A DNA stretch of 63,983 nucleotides, the filler included, from Octopus bimaculoides (taxonomy: Eukaryota), in assembly GCF_001194135.2 (NCBI RefSeq). It is 5 parts of 5 records of this genome, joined end to end, with 100 filler letters (N's around TTAATTAATTAA, not from the genome) between each part and the next. Parts side by side here need not be neighbours in the genome. Positions count along the whole stretch, not along the records: positions 48,375 to 59,516 come from NC_069002.1; positions 59,617 to 63,983 come from NC_068992.1; 3 more parts are not named here. One strand, 5' to 3'. The first letter of the stretch is position 1, and every line of letters begins with the position of its first letter. Positions 53,091 to 63,983 of the stretch are shown in pieces. Both the position numbers and the translations under genes were made by a program. Below the pieces are notes generated by a model. The model saw only the letters and a list, made by a program, of their open reading frames with translations, ran no database searches and was not told the DNA's origin.

Positions 53091-53509
53091 TATTTCATAA
53101 TATTTGCCATAAGGCAATACATAGAGGCGACGGACAAGGACGGACAAACATAAAAGGGTGAAGTAGCTTTAAACGATTAAAAATTAACAATGATTATCAC
53201 ACAGATCAGATTAAAAATGAATACATTGCTAAAAGCAATGTCTGACATGAAGGAAAGGCACCCGACACCAGAGTAGAACCTTTGCTTTCCTTTCGTGACT
53301 CCGCTCACTTGGATACTCCCACCTTTCTCTCCACAAACTTTCATCTTTTTTTGAATCTTTCACGTGACAGATACCTCCTCTCCAGCCTGATCTTACTGCT
53401 GAGGGGGTAACTAAAAAAGTTGACCTACCCCTGGCCAGATACGAAGGTACCCGTCACAATCCCTTTCAANNNNNNNNNNNNNNNNNNNNNNNTATTGTTT
53501 CTTTCAATA

Positions 53510-54040
53510 TGGCCACCACGCAGAAAAACAGGCCTTCCTCTACCCGCTAAGGGAAGGAGGCGGCACAATCTCGATGATGGACTCAGCTGATAGCTGCACT
53601 CTTCCCATCGATGACAACAGTTGTTCTGTAAAAACTATCAGTCCCGATAATTCCGGACATTCCATGAATGCGTGCAAGACGGTTTCCCTATCCTGCTCGC
53701 ACCTTCGACGTTTATCACGAACTGGTAACACCGCACAGAAGCAATGCCAAGCCAGTGATTTCTGGTAATTGTCTGGGTACCCCGGCCCGAACGTTCTTCT
53801 GAACAGGTTGATCAACTGACTATCATCGTAGTCCAGGGTCTCCCCCAAGGCGTCTTCGAACTTCGATCCCACTATCCCACTGTAGAAATCCGCAGTGGAA
53901 CTCTTGTTGCCGGCATTGCCCGTCCGAGAGAGTAGCTGAAGTGCCTGACGGCACTCCAGTTGCCAGACCCCCAGTCTAGGTCTCTGCTTGATCCATGTAC
54001 CAATGTCCGTTAAGGAATTTAATTGCGGAGGTAGAAACGG
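53510..54040 (-). mobile_element. L1/Tx1-clade LINE fragment
   Basis: FRRTFGPGYPDNYQKSLAWHCFCAVLPVRDKRRRCEQDRETVLHAFMECP...SAESIIEIVPPP. Same family as 41925-42800. Confidence 0.85.
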
Positions 54041-54059
54041 ACGTGCAAAAAAAAAAAAC

Positions 54060-54390
54060 AATGAAATTTATGGGATCCGTTTCTGTTTTGACGTATTTTG
54101 GTATGGTATTAAAGAGAGCTAGACCGGTTGAGGTAAAGTAGTTGTGACATAATGTTGTGTCCTGAGTTCGAGTTTTGTAGTGGACGGATAGCACGGGAGC
54201 CAAGTCTTGGATGGATTTTAAAATTGATGCCAACATCATTTGTGCAATATAGATGGAATATTTTCCACATCACACAAATGATATAGCAATCCCGGCGGCG
54301 TTGCAGAGAGAACAGATTGAGTTTTTTTAGTCGACCCCAATAGTCAATGCCTCTCATGCCGTCTGTCTTTCTTGTTAACATTTTCTGTAT
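54060..54390 (-). mobile_element. CR1/L2-like LINE ORF2 C-terminal fragment
   Basis: MRGIDYWGRLKKLNLFSLQRRRDCYIICVMWKIF (cf. YEERLxxLNLxSLExRR). Confidence 0.75.
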
Positions 54391-54399
54391 ATTGATAAA

Positions 54400-56190
54400 C
54401 GGGTGTGGTCTCTACTTTTGTATGAGCAGGTTTTCCTTGTTTAGGCGTTCTTGTAAGGAGATTGAATCTTTGCATTGGTATAATGGAAAGATATGGAAAT
54501 TCGGCGCTTTATTTCTTGCGCATCTATCGATATGCTCGCTCAGGGCTATCTGCTTGTATTGAGGTAAATGAGTCTGTTCTTTTTGCAGCGTGACTCTGCG
54601 TTTCAAAGTAAGGCTCGTTTGGCCCACATAATTGTGGTCATAACCAGAGCACGTTAGGACCTCGATTGTCCTGCTCCCTATCTTCCTTTTTATCTCCCTT
54701 TCTTCAAAAAACTAGATTTCATTTTCTCCTTTTCTAAACAAAAAAAACCCAAAACCAAATCAAAACAAAGCGCATGTGAAGTTGGTCTTAATTGAGAATT
54801 TTTCTCCTTGCTGGAATGTGAATTCCGAGCCTTCAGTTAGGAACGGGTATGTACCACAATTAGGTCGTCTGCATTTAACTGTTGGTATCGTATGTATTGA
54901 ATATAGTTTTGCATTTGTTAGGAGTGATTTGTGTTGTCTTTTGCATTTGAGGAGTTTTTGTGTATTTAAGATGCTGTTCATTTTCGGGTCTTGAGTGAGC
55001 AGAGGGAGATTTTGTACAATTGTGATTTTTTTATAATTCATTGCTTCTGGAGTTGTGGGTTGATATGTATGGGAGTGATTTAAAGTTAGGTGTGGTGTTT
55101 TGTTTTGTTGTCCTTAGTGTGTTTGTGTCCAATTTCTTGCCACTTTCAATTCAATTGTCTTTAAGTGCGGGTGGGTACTGGCGTTCACTGAGTGTTATTT
55201 TGAGGTCTTGTAGACGAAGTTCCCGAGCGGTTGTGTCAGATACAATTGTACAGATCCTTTTTGCTAGATTGAATGGGATATTTATTTTGGTGTGCATAGG
55301 ATGGCATTAACTGAAAAGGAGATACTGTTTTGAGTCTGTTGGTTTGTAGTAAATGTCTGTTGCAATTTGGTTGTTGCACTTTTTTAAAATCAAAATGTCC
55401 AGAAATGGGAGCTGTTCCTTGCTATATTCCATTGTAAATTGAATATTGGAGTTTATATTGTTCAGTATAGATAAAACAATCGTCTAAGTTTCTTTTCCAG
55501 TTTTTTCTTATGTACTGATGGAATGGGGGTTCAAATGTTTGGAAAAGAAACCCATTATTAGGTTTGCAAGGACAGGTGCTGCTTCGTTCCCATCGCAATA
55601 TCGCATTTTTGGCGGTAGTATGTTGCATCGAATAGGAAGTAATTGTTTTGTAGGATGAACTTCAGGGATTCAATGACAAAGGTCTGGTTTATGGGTCCGG
55701 GAGAGCTTCGGGGTATTTTTCTAACCAGAATTTTATTGCCTCTATTCCGTAGTCATGTGGAATGTTAGTGAAGAGGTTGATAGCATCAAAGGAGACTAAT
55801 AGAGCTTCTTCGCTGGTGGTTTTTGGTAGATGCACTAGCATGTCCAGATCGTCTCTAATGAAATTTTTAATGTATCTGAGGAAAGGTTTCAATAGAATGT
55901 CCAGAAAGTTGCTTAGGCGGTGTATTTCACAGCTGGACCCGCTATAATAGGCCTTAATTTTAAGTCTTCTAGTGTTGGGATATATCTGTGTAGACTTAGA
56001 TTTGATTTTCAGGCATTAGTAATTATTTGACTCTTGTGGGTTTGGGGGAGGCCATGGAAAAGGCTTGGATTGCATTTAAAGTTTGTGATATAGTCCTTTT
56101 ATTTTTCTGTAAGACATTTTCCATGTTTGAGTATTAAAGATGCAAGATCTTTCAATGTTTTTTGCTGCCTATAATTTGCAACTTTAATCA
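54400..56190 (-). mobile_element. Penelope-like element, RT plus GIY-YIG, frameshifted
   Basis: LVSFDAINLFTNIP, KRNLDDCFI (about 55480), TDIYYKPTDSKQYL...HP...NIPFNLAKRICTI, then VLTCSGYDHNYVGQTSLTLKRR. Confidence 0.9.
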
Positions 56191-57088
56191 TAANNNNNNN
56201 NNNNNNNNNNNNNNNNNNNNNNNNNNNNNNNNNNNNNNNNNNNNNNNNNNNNNNNNNNNNNNNNNNNNNNNNNNNNNNNNNNNNNNNNNNNNNNNNNNNN
56301 NNNNNNNNNNNNNNNNNNNNNNNNNNNNNNNNNNNNNNNNNNNNNNNNNNNNNNNNNNNNNNNNNNNNNNNNNNNNNNNNNNNNNNNNNNNNNNNNNNNN
56401 NNNNNNNNNNNNNNNNNNNNNNNNNNNNNNNNNNNNNNNNNNNNNNNNNNNNNNNNNNNNNNNNNNNNNNNNNNNNNNNNNNNNNNNNNNNNNNNNNNNN
56501 NNNNNNNNNNNNNNNNNNNNNNNNNNNNNNNNNNNNNNNNNNNNNNNNNNNNNNNNNNNNNNNNNNNNNNNNNNNNNNNNNNNNNNNNNNNNNNNNNNNN
56601 NNNNNNNNNNNNNNNNNNNNNNNNNNNNNNNNNNNNNNNNNNNNNNNNNNNNNNNNNNNNNNNNNNNNNNNNNNNNNNNNNNNNNNNNNNNNNNNNNNNN
56701 NNNNNNNNNNNNNNNNNNNNNNNNNNNNNNNNNNNNNNNNNNNNNNNNNNNNNNNNNNNNNNNNNNNNNNNNNNNNNNNNNNNNNNNNNNNNNNNNNNNN
56801 NNNNNNNNNNNNNNNNNNNNNNNNNNNNNNNNNNNNNNNNNNNNNNNNNNNNNNNNNNNNNNNNNNNNNNNNNNNNNNNNNNNNNNNNNNNNNNNNNNNN
56901 NNNNNNNNNNNNNNNNNNNNNNNNNNNNNNNNNNNNNNNNNNNNNNNNNNNNNNNNNNNNNNNNNNNNNNNNNNNNNNNNNNNNNNNNNNNNNNNNNNNN
57001 NNNNNNNNNNNNNNNNNNNNNNNNNNNNNNNNNNNNNNNNNNNNNNNNNNNNNNNNNNNNNNNNNNNNNNNNNNNNNNNNNNNNNNNN

Positions 57089-57141
<53 letters not shown>

Positions 57142-57352
57142 GTATGTATATATACATGTATATATACCTATATATATGTATATATATATGTATATATATA
57201 TATATGTATGTATATATATATACATACATACGTACATACATACACACATAAACCTTTATATTTATACAAATATATATATCAAATCATACAAATATATATA
57301 CGTGTGGTGTTTCTGTGTATGTCTCAAGAAGTTATATTTATCAAAAAGTTAC

Positions 57353-57407
57353 ATGGAACAAGAACATCTGCTGTAGTCATGTATGACCATATGTTATTTC
57401 TCGTGAC
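57353..57407 (-). CDS. Candidate exon, 55 nt, phase 0 to 1
   Basis: Acceptor gtgtttttcAG and donor CAT|GTAACT. The only open frame is [18 protein letters not shown]. No homology recognised. Confidence 0.2.
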
Positions 57408-57642
57408 CTGAAAAACACGACTTGCCTTCCGGTTCTGATTTATAGCAAAAGTTAAAGGCAAATGTAGCATGATCGATAAAATGGACTCCACAAACAGAAA
57501 AAGACAGTAAAATTAATAAAAATAAGTATATATGGTTGTTTGTATATGTGTATGTATGTGTGTGCATGCGTACGGCTTCTTCACTTTTGCTACCAATGTC
57601 TTTATCTCTACAGTATGAGCTTCATTACCTTTTATGATATAC

Positions 57643-57742
<100 letters not shown>

Positions 57743-59059
57743 NNNNNNNNNNNNNNNNNNNNNNNNNNNNNNNNNNNNNNNNNNNNNNNNNNNNNNNNNN
57801 NNNNNNNNNNNNNNNNNNNNNNNNNNNNNNNNNNNNNNNNNNNNNNNNNNNNNNNNNNNNNNNNNNNNNNNNNNNNNNNNNNNNNNNNNNNNNNNNNNNN
57901 NNNNNNNNNNNNNNNNNNNNNNNNNNNNNNNNNNNNNNNNNNNNNNNNNNNNNNNNNNNNNNNNNNNNNNNNNNNNNNNNNNNNNNNNNNNNNNNNNNNN
58001 NNNNNNNNNNNNNNNNNNNNNNNNNNNNNNNNNNNNNNNNNNNNNNNNNNNNNNNNNNNNNNNNNNNNNNNNNNNNNNNNNNNNNNNNNNNNNNNNNNNN
58101 NNNNNNNNNNNNNNNNNNNNNNNNNNNNNNNNNNNNNNNNNNNNNNNNNNNNNNNNNNNNNNNNNNNNNNNNNNNNNNNNNNNNNNNNNNNNNNNNNNNN
58201 NNNNNNNNNNNNNNNNNNNNNNNNNNNNNNNNNNNNNNNNNNNNNNNNNNNNNNNNNNNNNNNNNNNNNNNNNNNNNNNNNNNNNNNNNNNNNNNNNNNN
58301 NNNNNNNNNNNNNNNNNNNNNNNNNNNNNNNNNNNNNNNNNNNNNNNNNNNNNNNNNNNNNNNNNNNNNNNNNNNNNNNNNNNNNNNNNNNNNNNNNNNN
58401 NNNNNNNNNNNNNNNNNNNNNNNNNNNNNNNNNNNNNNNNNNNNNNNNNNNNNNNNNNNNNNNNNNNNNNNNNNNNNNNNNNNNNNNNNNNNNNNNNNNN
58501 NNNNNNNNNNNNNNNNNNNNNNNNNNNNNNNNNNNNNNNNNNNNNNAGAGAGAGAGAGAGAGAGAGCGCGAGAGAGAGAGAGAGAGAGCGCGAGAGAGAG
58601 AGAGAGAGAGTACGCATGCTATACTCTATTTGAAAATTCCTGATTTACCAAAATAAAGAAAATCCATCTTGTTCGTGAGGCGAAAAAAGAAAAACCGAAC
58701 GAAAATAATCTATGGCTAGAAAATATTAAGACATAAGAATTTTTCCATCTTCTTCCTGTTGCCTAGAGAGATATTTGCAGTTTGCTCGCCAACATCCATT
58801 TTTTGTATGATATGAAGTGACTTACATAGGTAGAGAATCACGTAGTTAGCACCGATGAGAATATTACCAACGGATGCTAGTTGTATAGGAGTTAACACAA
58901 TCGCAATTCTTTTTTTATTCTATTTCCTTCTACGTATCTGCTGTTTTTCCAGAGAGATTTATTCTGTGTCCCTAGGCAAAGGAAGGTAGCCAAAGTATAT
59001 AAAACTTATTGTCTTAGTTTTACTGTTAAAGGGTATATATCTATATATATATATAATTT

Positions 59060-59516
59060 TCCAGAGGATGTTGTTAAATCTAGGAATAACCCGCCTTACA
59101 ACCATAGACTAGATAAGTTTGAGGAAGATATATGGTCAGTTGTAAAGAACATCAAATTCAATATGTCTCAGAGAAAGAATACACACATGAGATACATAGA
59201 AGAAATCATCAGAGAAATAAAGAATACCAATAAAGTCCTAGTAAAATCAGATAAAACAGGGAACATATATAAATTTTCTAAACAGAACTACAACAACCTA
59301 CTGCAGAAGGAAATTGAGAAGAATTATAAAATAGCAAACAGGAAAGTATTTAAGGAAGCTAACATAGAAACTAAAGAAATAATGGAAAAGTATAACTTGA
59401 CGGATAGGACAGAACCGTTGGTACCAAGAGAACCAAGATTTATACTCAAGGACCATAAAGTAAATTTCTGGACACAGCCATCACTAAGACTCATATGCCC
59501 AACGAGATCGGACATA
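59060..59516 (+). mobile_element. Penelope-like element, N-terminal RT region (Neptune/Naiad-like), open frame running into a gap
   Basis: KFEEDIWSVVKNIKF...VKSDKTGNIY...LTDRTE...ILKDHKVNF...RLICPTRSDI. Confidence 0.85.
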
Positions 59517-59623
59517 NNNNNNNNNNNNNNNNNNNNNNNNNNNNNNNNNNNNNNNNNNNNTTAATTAATTAANNNNNNNNNNNNNNNNNNNNNNNNNNNN
59601 NNNNNNNNNNNNNNNNATATATA

Positions 59624-60803
59624 TGAGGTCATCCTATAAGTTCGGTTCGATTTTATGCTTTTTTAAATTGAATGAAATTTAATATTACTTTAGAATGTCT
59701 AATGAAATTAAAACAATATTTTTATGCATTTGTGTACATTTAAACTAATTAAATATTATTTTACAGAGTAAATGAATTAAAATTGGAACTATCCAAAGAG
59801 GATTTGAGGCACGTAATGCTTTATTAGTACAGAAAAGTAAACTCTGCAACTAAAGCAACTCGAAACATACACTCAGTTTGCAAAGATGGTTTGCAAAATT
59901 CAGAAGTGGAGATTTTAGCCTTGAATATGAAGATCGAACAGGTCGTCCAGTTGCGTTTGATGATGAGCTCCTTGAGGCATTACTTGGAGAAAAACCTACA
60001 TTTTCAGTTGAAGAACTGGTAATAAAGCTCAGTTTAAATCATGCAACTGTTCATCGTTATCTTCAACAACTTGGAAAGGTTCCTAAACTTGGAAAATGGA
60101 TGCCTCATGAATTGTCCCAAAGCAACCTCACATCCCGAGTTTAATCTGCTCTTCTCTACATTCTCGCGAACTCATTTTACCCATTTTGGACAGACTTGTG
60201 ACTGATGACGAAAAATGGATCTTCTATGGGAATGTTAAACGTCGTAAACAGTGGCTTGGTAAAAGGGTAAAAGCTCAACCACAACCGAGAAGGGAACTTC
60301 ATGATAAAAAGGTTCTTTTCTCTATCGGGTGAGATTGTAATTCACTTTGAATTGTTACCACCTAATGCAACAATCAATGCTCAAGTCTACTGTCAGCAAT
60401 TAGAGCGTTTGAACAAAGCTTTGAAGAAAAAAAAAAGGCCCGCTTTAGTGAATCGAAAAGGAATGGTGTTTCATCAGGTCAATGCTTGACCCCACACTGC
60501 AAAGCTCACATCATAGAAGATCGAAGAGCTTGGGTGGGAAAAAAATCCTCATCCACCTTATTCTCCCGACCATGTTCCTTCAGACTACCATTTGTTTCGT
60601 AGTTTACAGAATCATATGGGGTACATAAATTTTGCAAGCCAGGAGGAGGTCGAACCTGACATTTCAAAGTTCTTCGCTATGAAACCAAAAGAGTTTTACA
60701 TTGATGAGATGAAAAAGCTTGTAAATAGATGAAAGAAAGTCATAGCATTTGATCACTTGTTTTCTGTATTCAAAATCCGGACAGAACTTATGGGATGACC
60801 TGA
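59624..60803 (+). mobile_element. Full-length defective mariner transposon (1180 bp)
   Basis: TIRs TGAGGTCATCCTATAAGTTC / TCAGGTCATCCCATAAGTTC with TA on both sides. Motifs QRWFAKFRSGD, WMPHEL, VTDDEKW, HQVNA*PH and YSPDHVPSDYHLF, with stops and frameshifts. Confidence 0.95.
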
Positions 60804-60908
60804 TATATACATACAAATATGCATCCATCCATCTATCCATCCATCCATCCATCCATCCATCCATTCATCCATACATACATACGTATATATATATAGAAAT
60901 ATTAATAA

Positions 60909-60969
<61 letters not shown>

Positions 60970-61142
60970 AAATATGAATAATATATAAATATATGCATGT
61001 ATCCATACATATATGTACATACCTCCATCTATATGTATACATACATGCATATATGGGTACAAGATATCAGAAAAACGTGAAACACAATGAGAAACGAAAG
61101 CGTAAAAACGAAAACATAGAAAACGAACTTTTTTCGAAAAGA

Positions 61143-61216
61143 CAAACAGAGAAACGTGACATGCAACATAAAGAGTTGTCAGTTGTCCCTGTTCCATCTA
61201 CTCTGCGTTTTGAAGG
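61143..61216. repeat. Unclassified dispersed repeat, copy 2
   Basis: Matches 2121-2204. Confidence 0.8.
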
Positions 61217-61467
61217 CAAGGACAATACGCGATTCCGTTGGAACAGTCCTTCCGCAAAGCAAATTAAATAAAATTTGGCATTTTTTGCGGAGGTTGAAAG
61301 TGTTAACAAGAACAGGACAGTGAGAACAAGACAGTAAAAACAAACTGTGAGGGCTGTCGAGCCAAGACGATAGGAAAATTATTATGAACGCTGGGTAGAC
61401 GACCTATGAGAGAAGAGAGAGAAAAAAGCACATATTTATATATGTATGTATATACACACACACACAA

Positions 61468-61498
<31 letters not shown>

Positions 61499-61545
61499 CA
61501 CACATACACACATATACACATATATATATATCTAACATACACATA

Positions 61546-61579
<34 letters not shown>

Positions 61580-61944
61580 TATAAGTTAGGATTGTTTAAA
61601 CATTAAAGCGATAGGCTAGAAGTGTTTAAGCAACTAAGGGATAATTAAATCCGAAGGCGCTATTGGAGCTTTGCCTATATATATNNNNNNNNNNNNNNNN
61701 NNNNNNNNNNNNNNNNNNNNNNNNNNNNNNNNNNNNNNNNNNNNNNNNNNNNNNNNNNNNNNNNNNNNNNNNNNNNNNNNNNNNNNNNNNNNNNNNNNNN
61801 NNNNNNNNNNNNNNNNNNNNNNNNNNNNNNNNNNNNNNNNNNNNNNNNNNNNNNNNNNNNNNNNNNNNNNNNNNNNNNNNNNNNNNNNNNNNNNNNNNNN
61901 NNNNNNNNNNNNNNNNNNNNNNNNNNNNNNNNNNNNNNNNNNNN

Positions 61945-61993
<49 letters not shown>

Positions 61994-62005
61994 CAATATA
62001 TCTAT

Positions 62006-62036
<31 letters not shown>

Positions 62037-62049
62037 CATACATACATAT

Positions 62050-62430
62050 AGTTGCGTATTAAGAAGCTTGCTTCCCAACCACATATTCCCAGGTTCAGAG
62101 TCACTGAGGGGAATCTTTCGTAAGTGTCCTCTATTACACCCACACGCCGCCCAAAGATATGTGAGTAAATTTCGAAGACACAGTCTAAAAGAAACAAGTA
62201 TACATGTGTGTGTATATGCATGTGCCTTTAAGTCTGTGTTTGTCTGAAAACACCGCTTGGCAGCTTGAGTTGGTGTGTTTACACACCCGTACGGTAGCGG
62301 TTGGGCAAAAAAGACAGTTAGAATATATCCTAGGATTAAACACTTAAGATCTGGTGTTAATTTTTTCAACTAAAACACTTCAAGGCGGTGCCCCCACCAT
62401 AGCCACTTTCAATTGAATGGAAAAATTAAA
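62050..62430 (+). mobile_element. SINE family B, composite
   Basis: aagaagcttgcttcccaaccac head, GT-rich middle, and tail gcttggcagc...gcaaaaaagac...gcggtgccccc. Confidence 0.75.
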
Positions 62431-62469
62431 AGATAAAAGTTATATACACATATAATAACCCCTCACGCG

Positions 62470-62620
62470 CTGTTTCGTGATTTCTTTTCTTTTGTTTGGG
62501 CATGTTCCTTTCTCCGTTCCGAGGAAGAGGTCTGCTTGAACCGTCAACAACTAACTCTTTTTACCGAACATTAAGCTAATAGCTAATACATTCTTTGTAC
62601 CCGTCCTCTTTTCTGTTAAT
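62470..62620 (+). repeat. Diverged third copy of the hammerhead-like repeat
   Basis: GTT-CCGAGGA-AGAGGTCTGCTT-GAA-CCGT-C-AAC at 62516-62548, followed by ctaatacatt...ttctgttaattt, similar to the copy 1/2 downstream sequence. Confidence 0.5.
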
Positions 62621-62646
62621 TTTATCATTCGATCAGTGGGATTGAC

Positions 62647-62704
<58 letters not shown>

Positions 62705-63427
62705 NNNNNNNNNNNNNNNNNNNNNNNNNNNNNNNNNNNNNNNNNNNNNNNNNNNNNNNNNNNNNNNNNNNNNNNNNNNNNNNNNNNNNNNNNNNNNNNN
62801 NNNNNNNNNNNNNNNNNNNNNNNNNNNNNNNNNNNNNNNNNNNNNNNNNNNNNNNNNNNNNNNNNNNNNNNNNNNNNNNNNNNNNNNNNNNNNNNNNNNN
62901 NNNNNNNNNNNNNNNNNNNNNNNNNNNNNNNNNNNNNNNNNNNNNNNNNNNNNNNNNNNNNNNNNNNNNNNNNNNNNNNNNNNNNNNNNNNNNNNNNNNN
63001 NNNNNNNNNNNNNNNNNNNNNNNNNNNNNNNNNNNNNNNNNNNNNNNNNNNNNNNNNNNNNNNNNNNNNNNNNNNNNNNNNNNNNNNNNNNNNNNNNNNN
63101 NNNNNNNNNNNNNNNNNNNNNNNNNNNNNNNNNNNNNNNNNNNNNNNNNNNNNNNNNNNNNNNNNNNNNNNNNNNNNNNNNNNNNNNNNNNNNNNNNNNN
63201 NNNNNNNNNNNNNNNNNNNNNNNNNNNNNNNNNNNNNNNNNNNNNNNNNNNNNNNNNNNNNNNNNNNNNNNNNNNNNNNNNNNNNNNNNNNNNNNNNNNN
63301 NNNNNNNNTATACTTTTAATATAAGGATACAGTTTTTCAAAACAAAACTTATTAGTGGCTAGCTTATTAAAATACCTTTTAGGGTGAAAATTATGAACTA
63401 TTATAAATAACGGCTAAAGAAAAAAAG

Positions 63428-63648
63428 AATTCTGTGCCAATATGCTGAAAATAGACTTTCGATTGTCTAACTACATACAATATTTTTCATTATACATGCA
63501 CAGCGTGTTGAAATGAGGAAAGCAAGCTAACAGAAATCTTAAAATTTCCGTTATCACCGATTCGGACCGATTTCTGGATTAATTCAAAAGGATTCTTCCT
63601 TTATCAGCGAGGATTTTTCCTTTGCTTTCAGCATATTGGCATAGAATT
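63428..63648. repeat. Fold-back element: 23-bp inverted repeats (22/23) about 175 bp apart
   Basis: aattctgtgccaatatgctgaaa (63428-63450) vs tttcagcatattggcatagaatt (63626-63648). Confidence 0.8.
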
Positions 63649-63983
63649 TATTTCTTTTACCCTTATTCATAATTATATGTATATATATATGTATATATAT
63701 GTGTGTGTGTATACACACACACGCACACGCCCACACATACAAACACACGCACAAACACACACACACACACACACATGTATATGTATGTATATGTATGTCC
63801 CACCCTACCCACAGACTCTTACCTCTACCCCACCCTCAGCCTAACCCACACTCCACCCATGCCTTCCCCACCTCCCAACACCCTCGCATCACACCACGCA
63901 CACACTACAACTGACCAACTACTTTCTCCCTTTCTCCCTTCCCCATTTTCACACTACATACGTCAAGTTCACCAGCATTCTAC

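Overview
This is AT-rich animal nuclear DNA with roughly 10 kb of N gaps, dominated by microsatellites and transposon debris. The SINE families and repeat landscape suggest a coleoid cephalopod (octopus-like) draft scaffold; that assignment is inference. No complete protein-coding gene, rRNA, tRNA gene or CRISPR array can be supported, and nearly all ORFs in the supplied track are microsatellite, gap or TE artefacts. Recognisable content: three tRNA-derived SINE families in many copies; R4/Dong-type (RLE), Tx1/L1 and CR1/L2-like LINE fragments; four Penelope-like (PLE) fragments, one spanning RT plus GIY-YIG; a full-length but dead mariner; a maT-like Tc1/mariner; Tigger/pogo and hAT transposase remnants; several MITEs; and a probable Helitron-like element. 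The most interesting signals are four. (1) A dispersed repeat in three copies carries a minimal hammerhead-ribozyme-like fold with a palindromic stem III and a compensatory stem I change. (2) A 674-bp MITE with perfect 28-bp TIRs carries TTAGGG telomeric tracts and sits inside a LINE remnant. (3) A perfect 20-bp hairpin has a 5' arm sharing the miR-219 seed. (4) Weak hints of a minus-strand host gene, with a promoter-like region near 45 kb and a CCHC zinc-knuckle terminal exon near 1.3 kb. I cannot claim a demonstrably new system from sequence alone.
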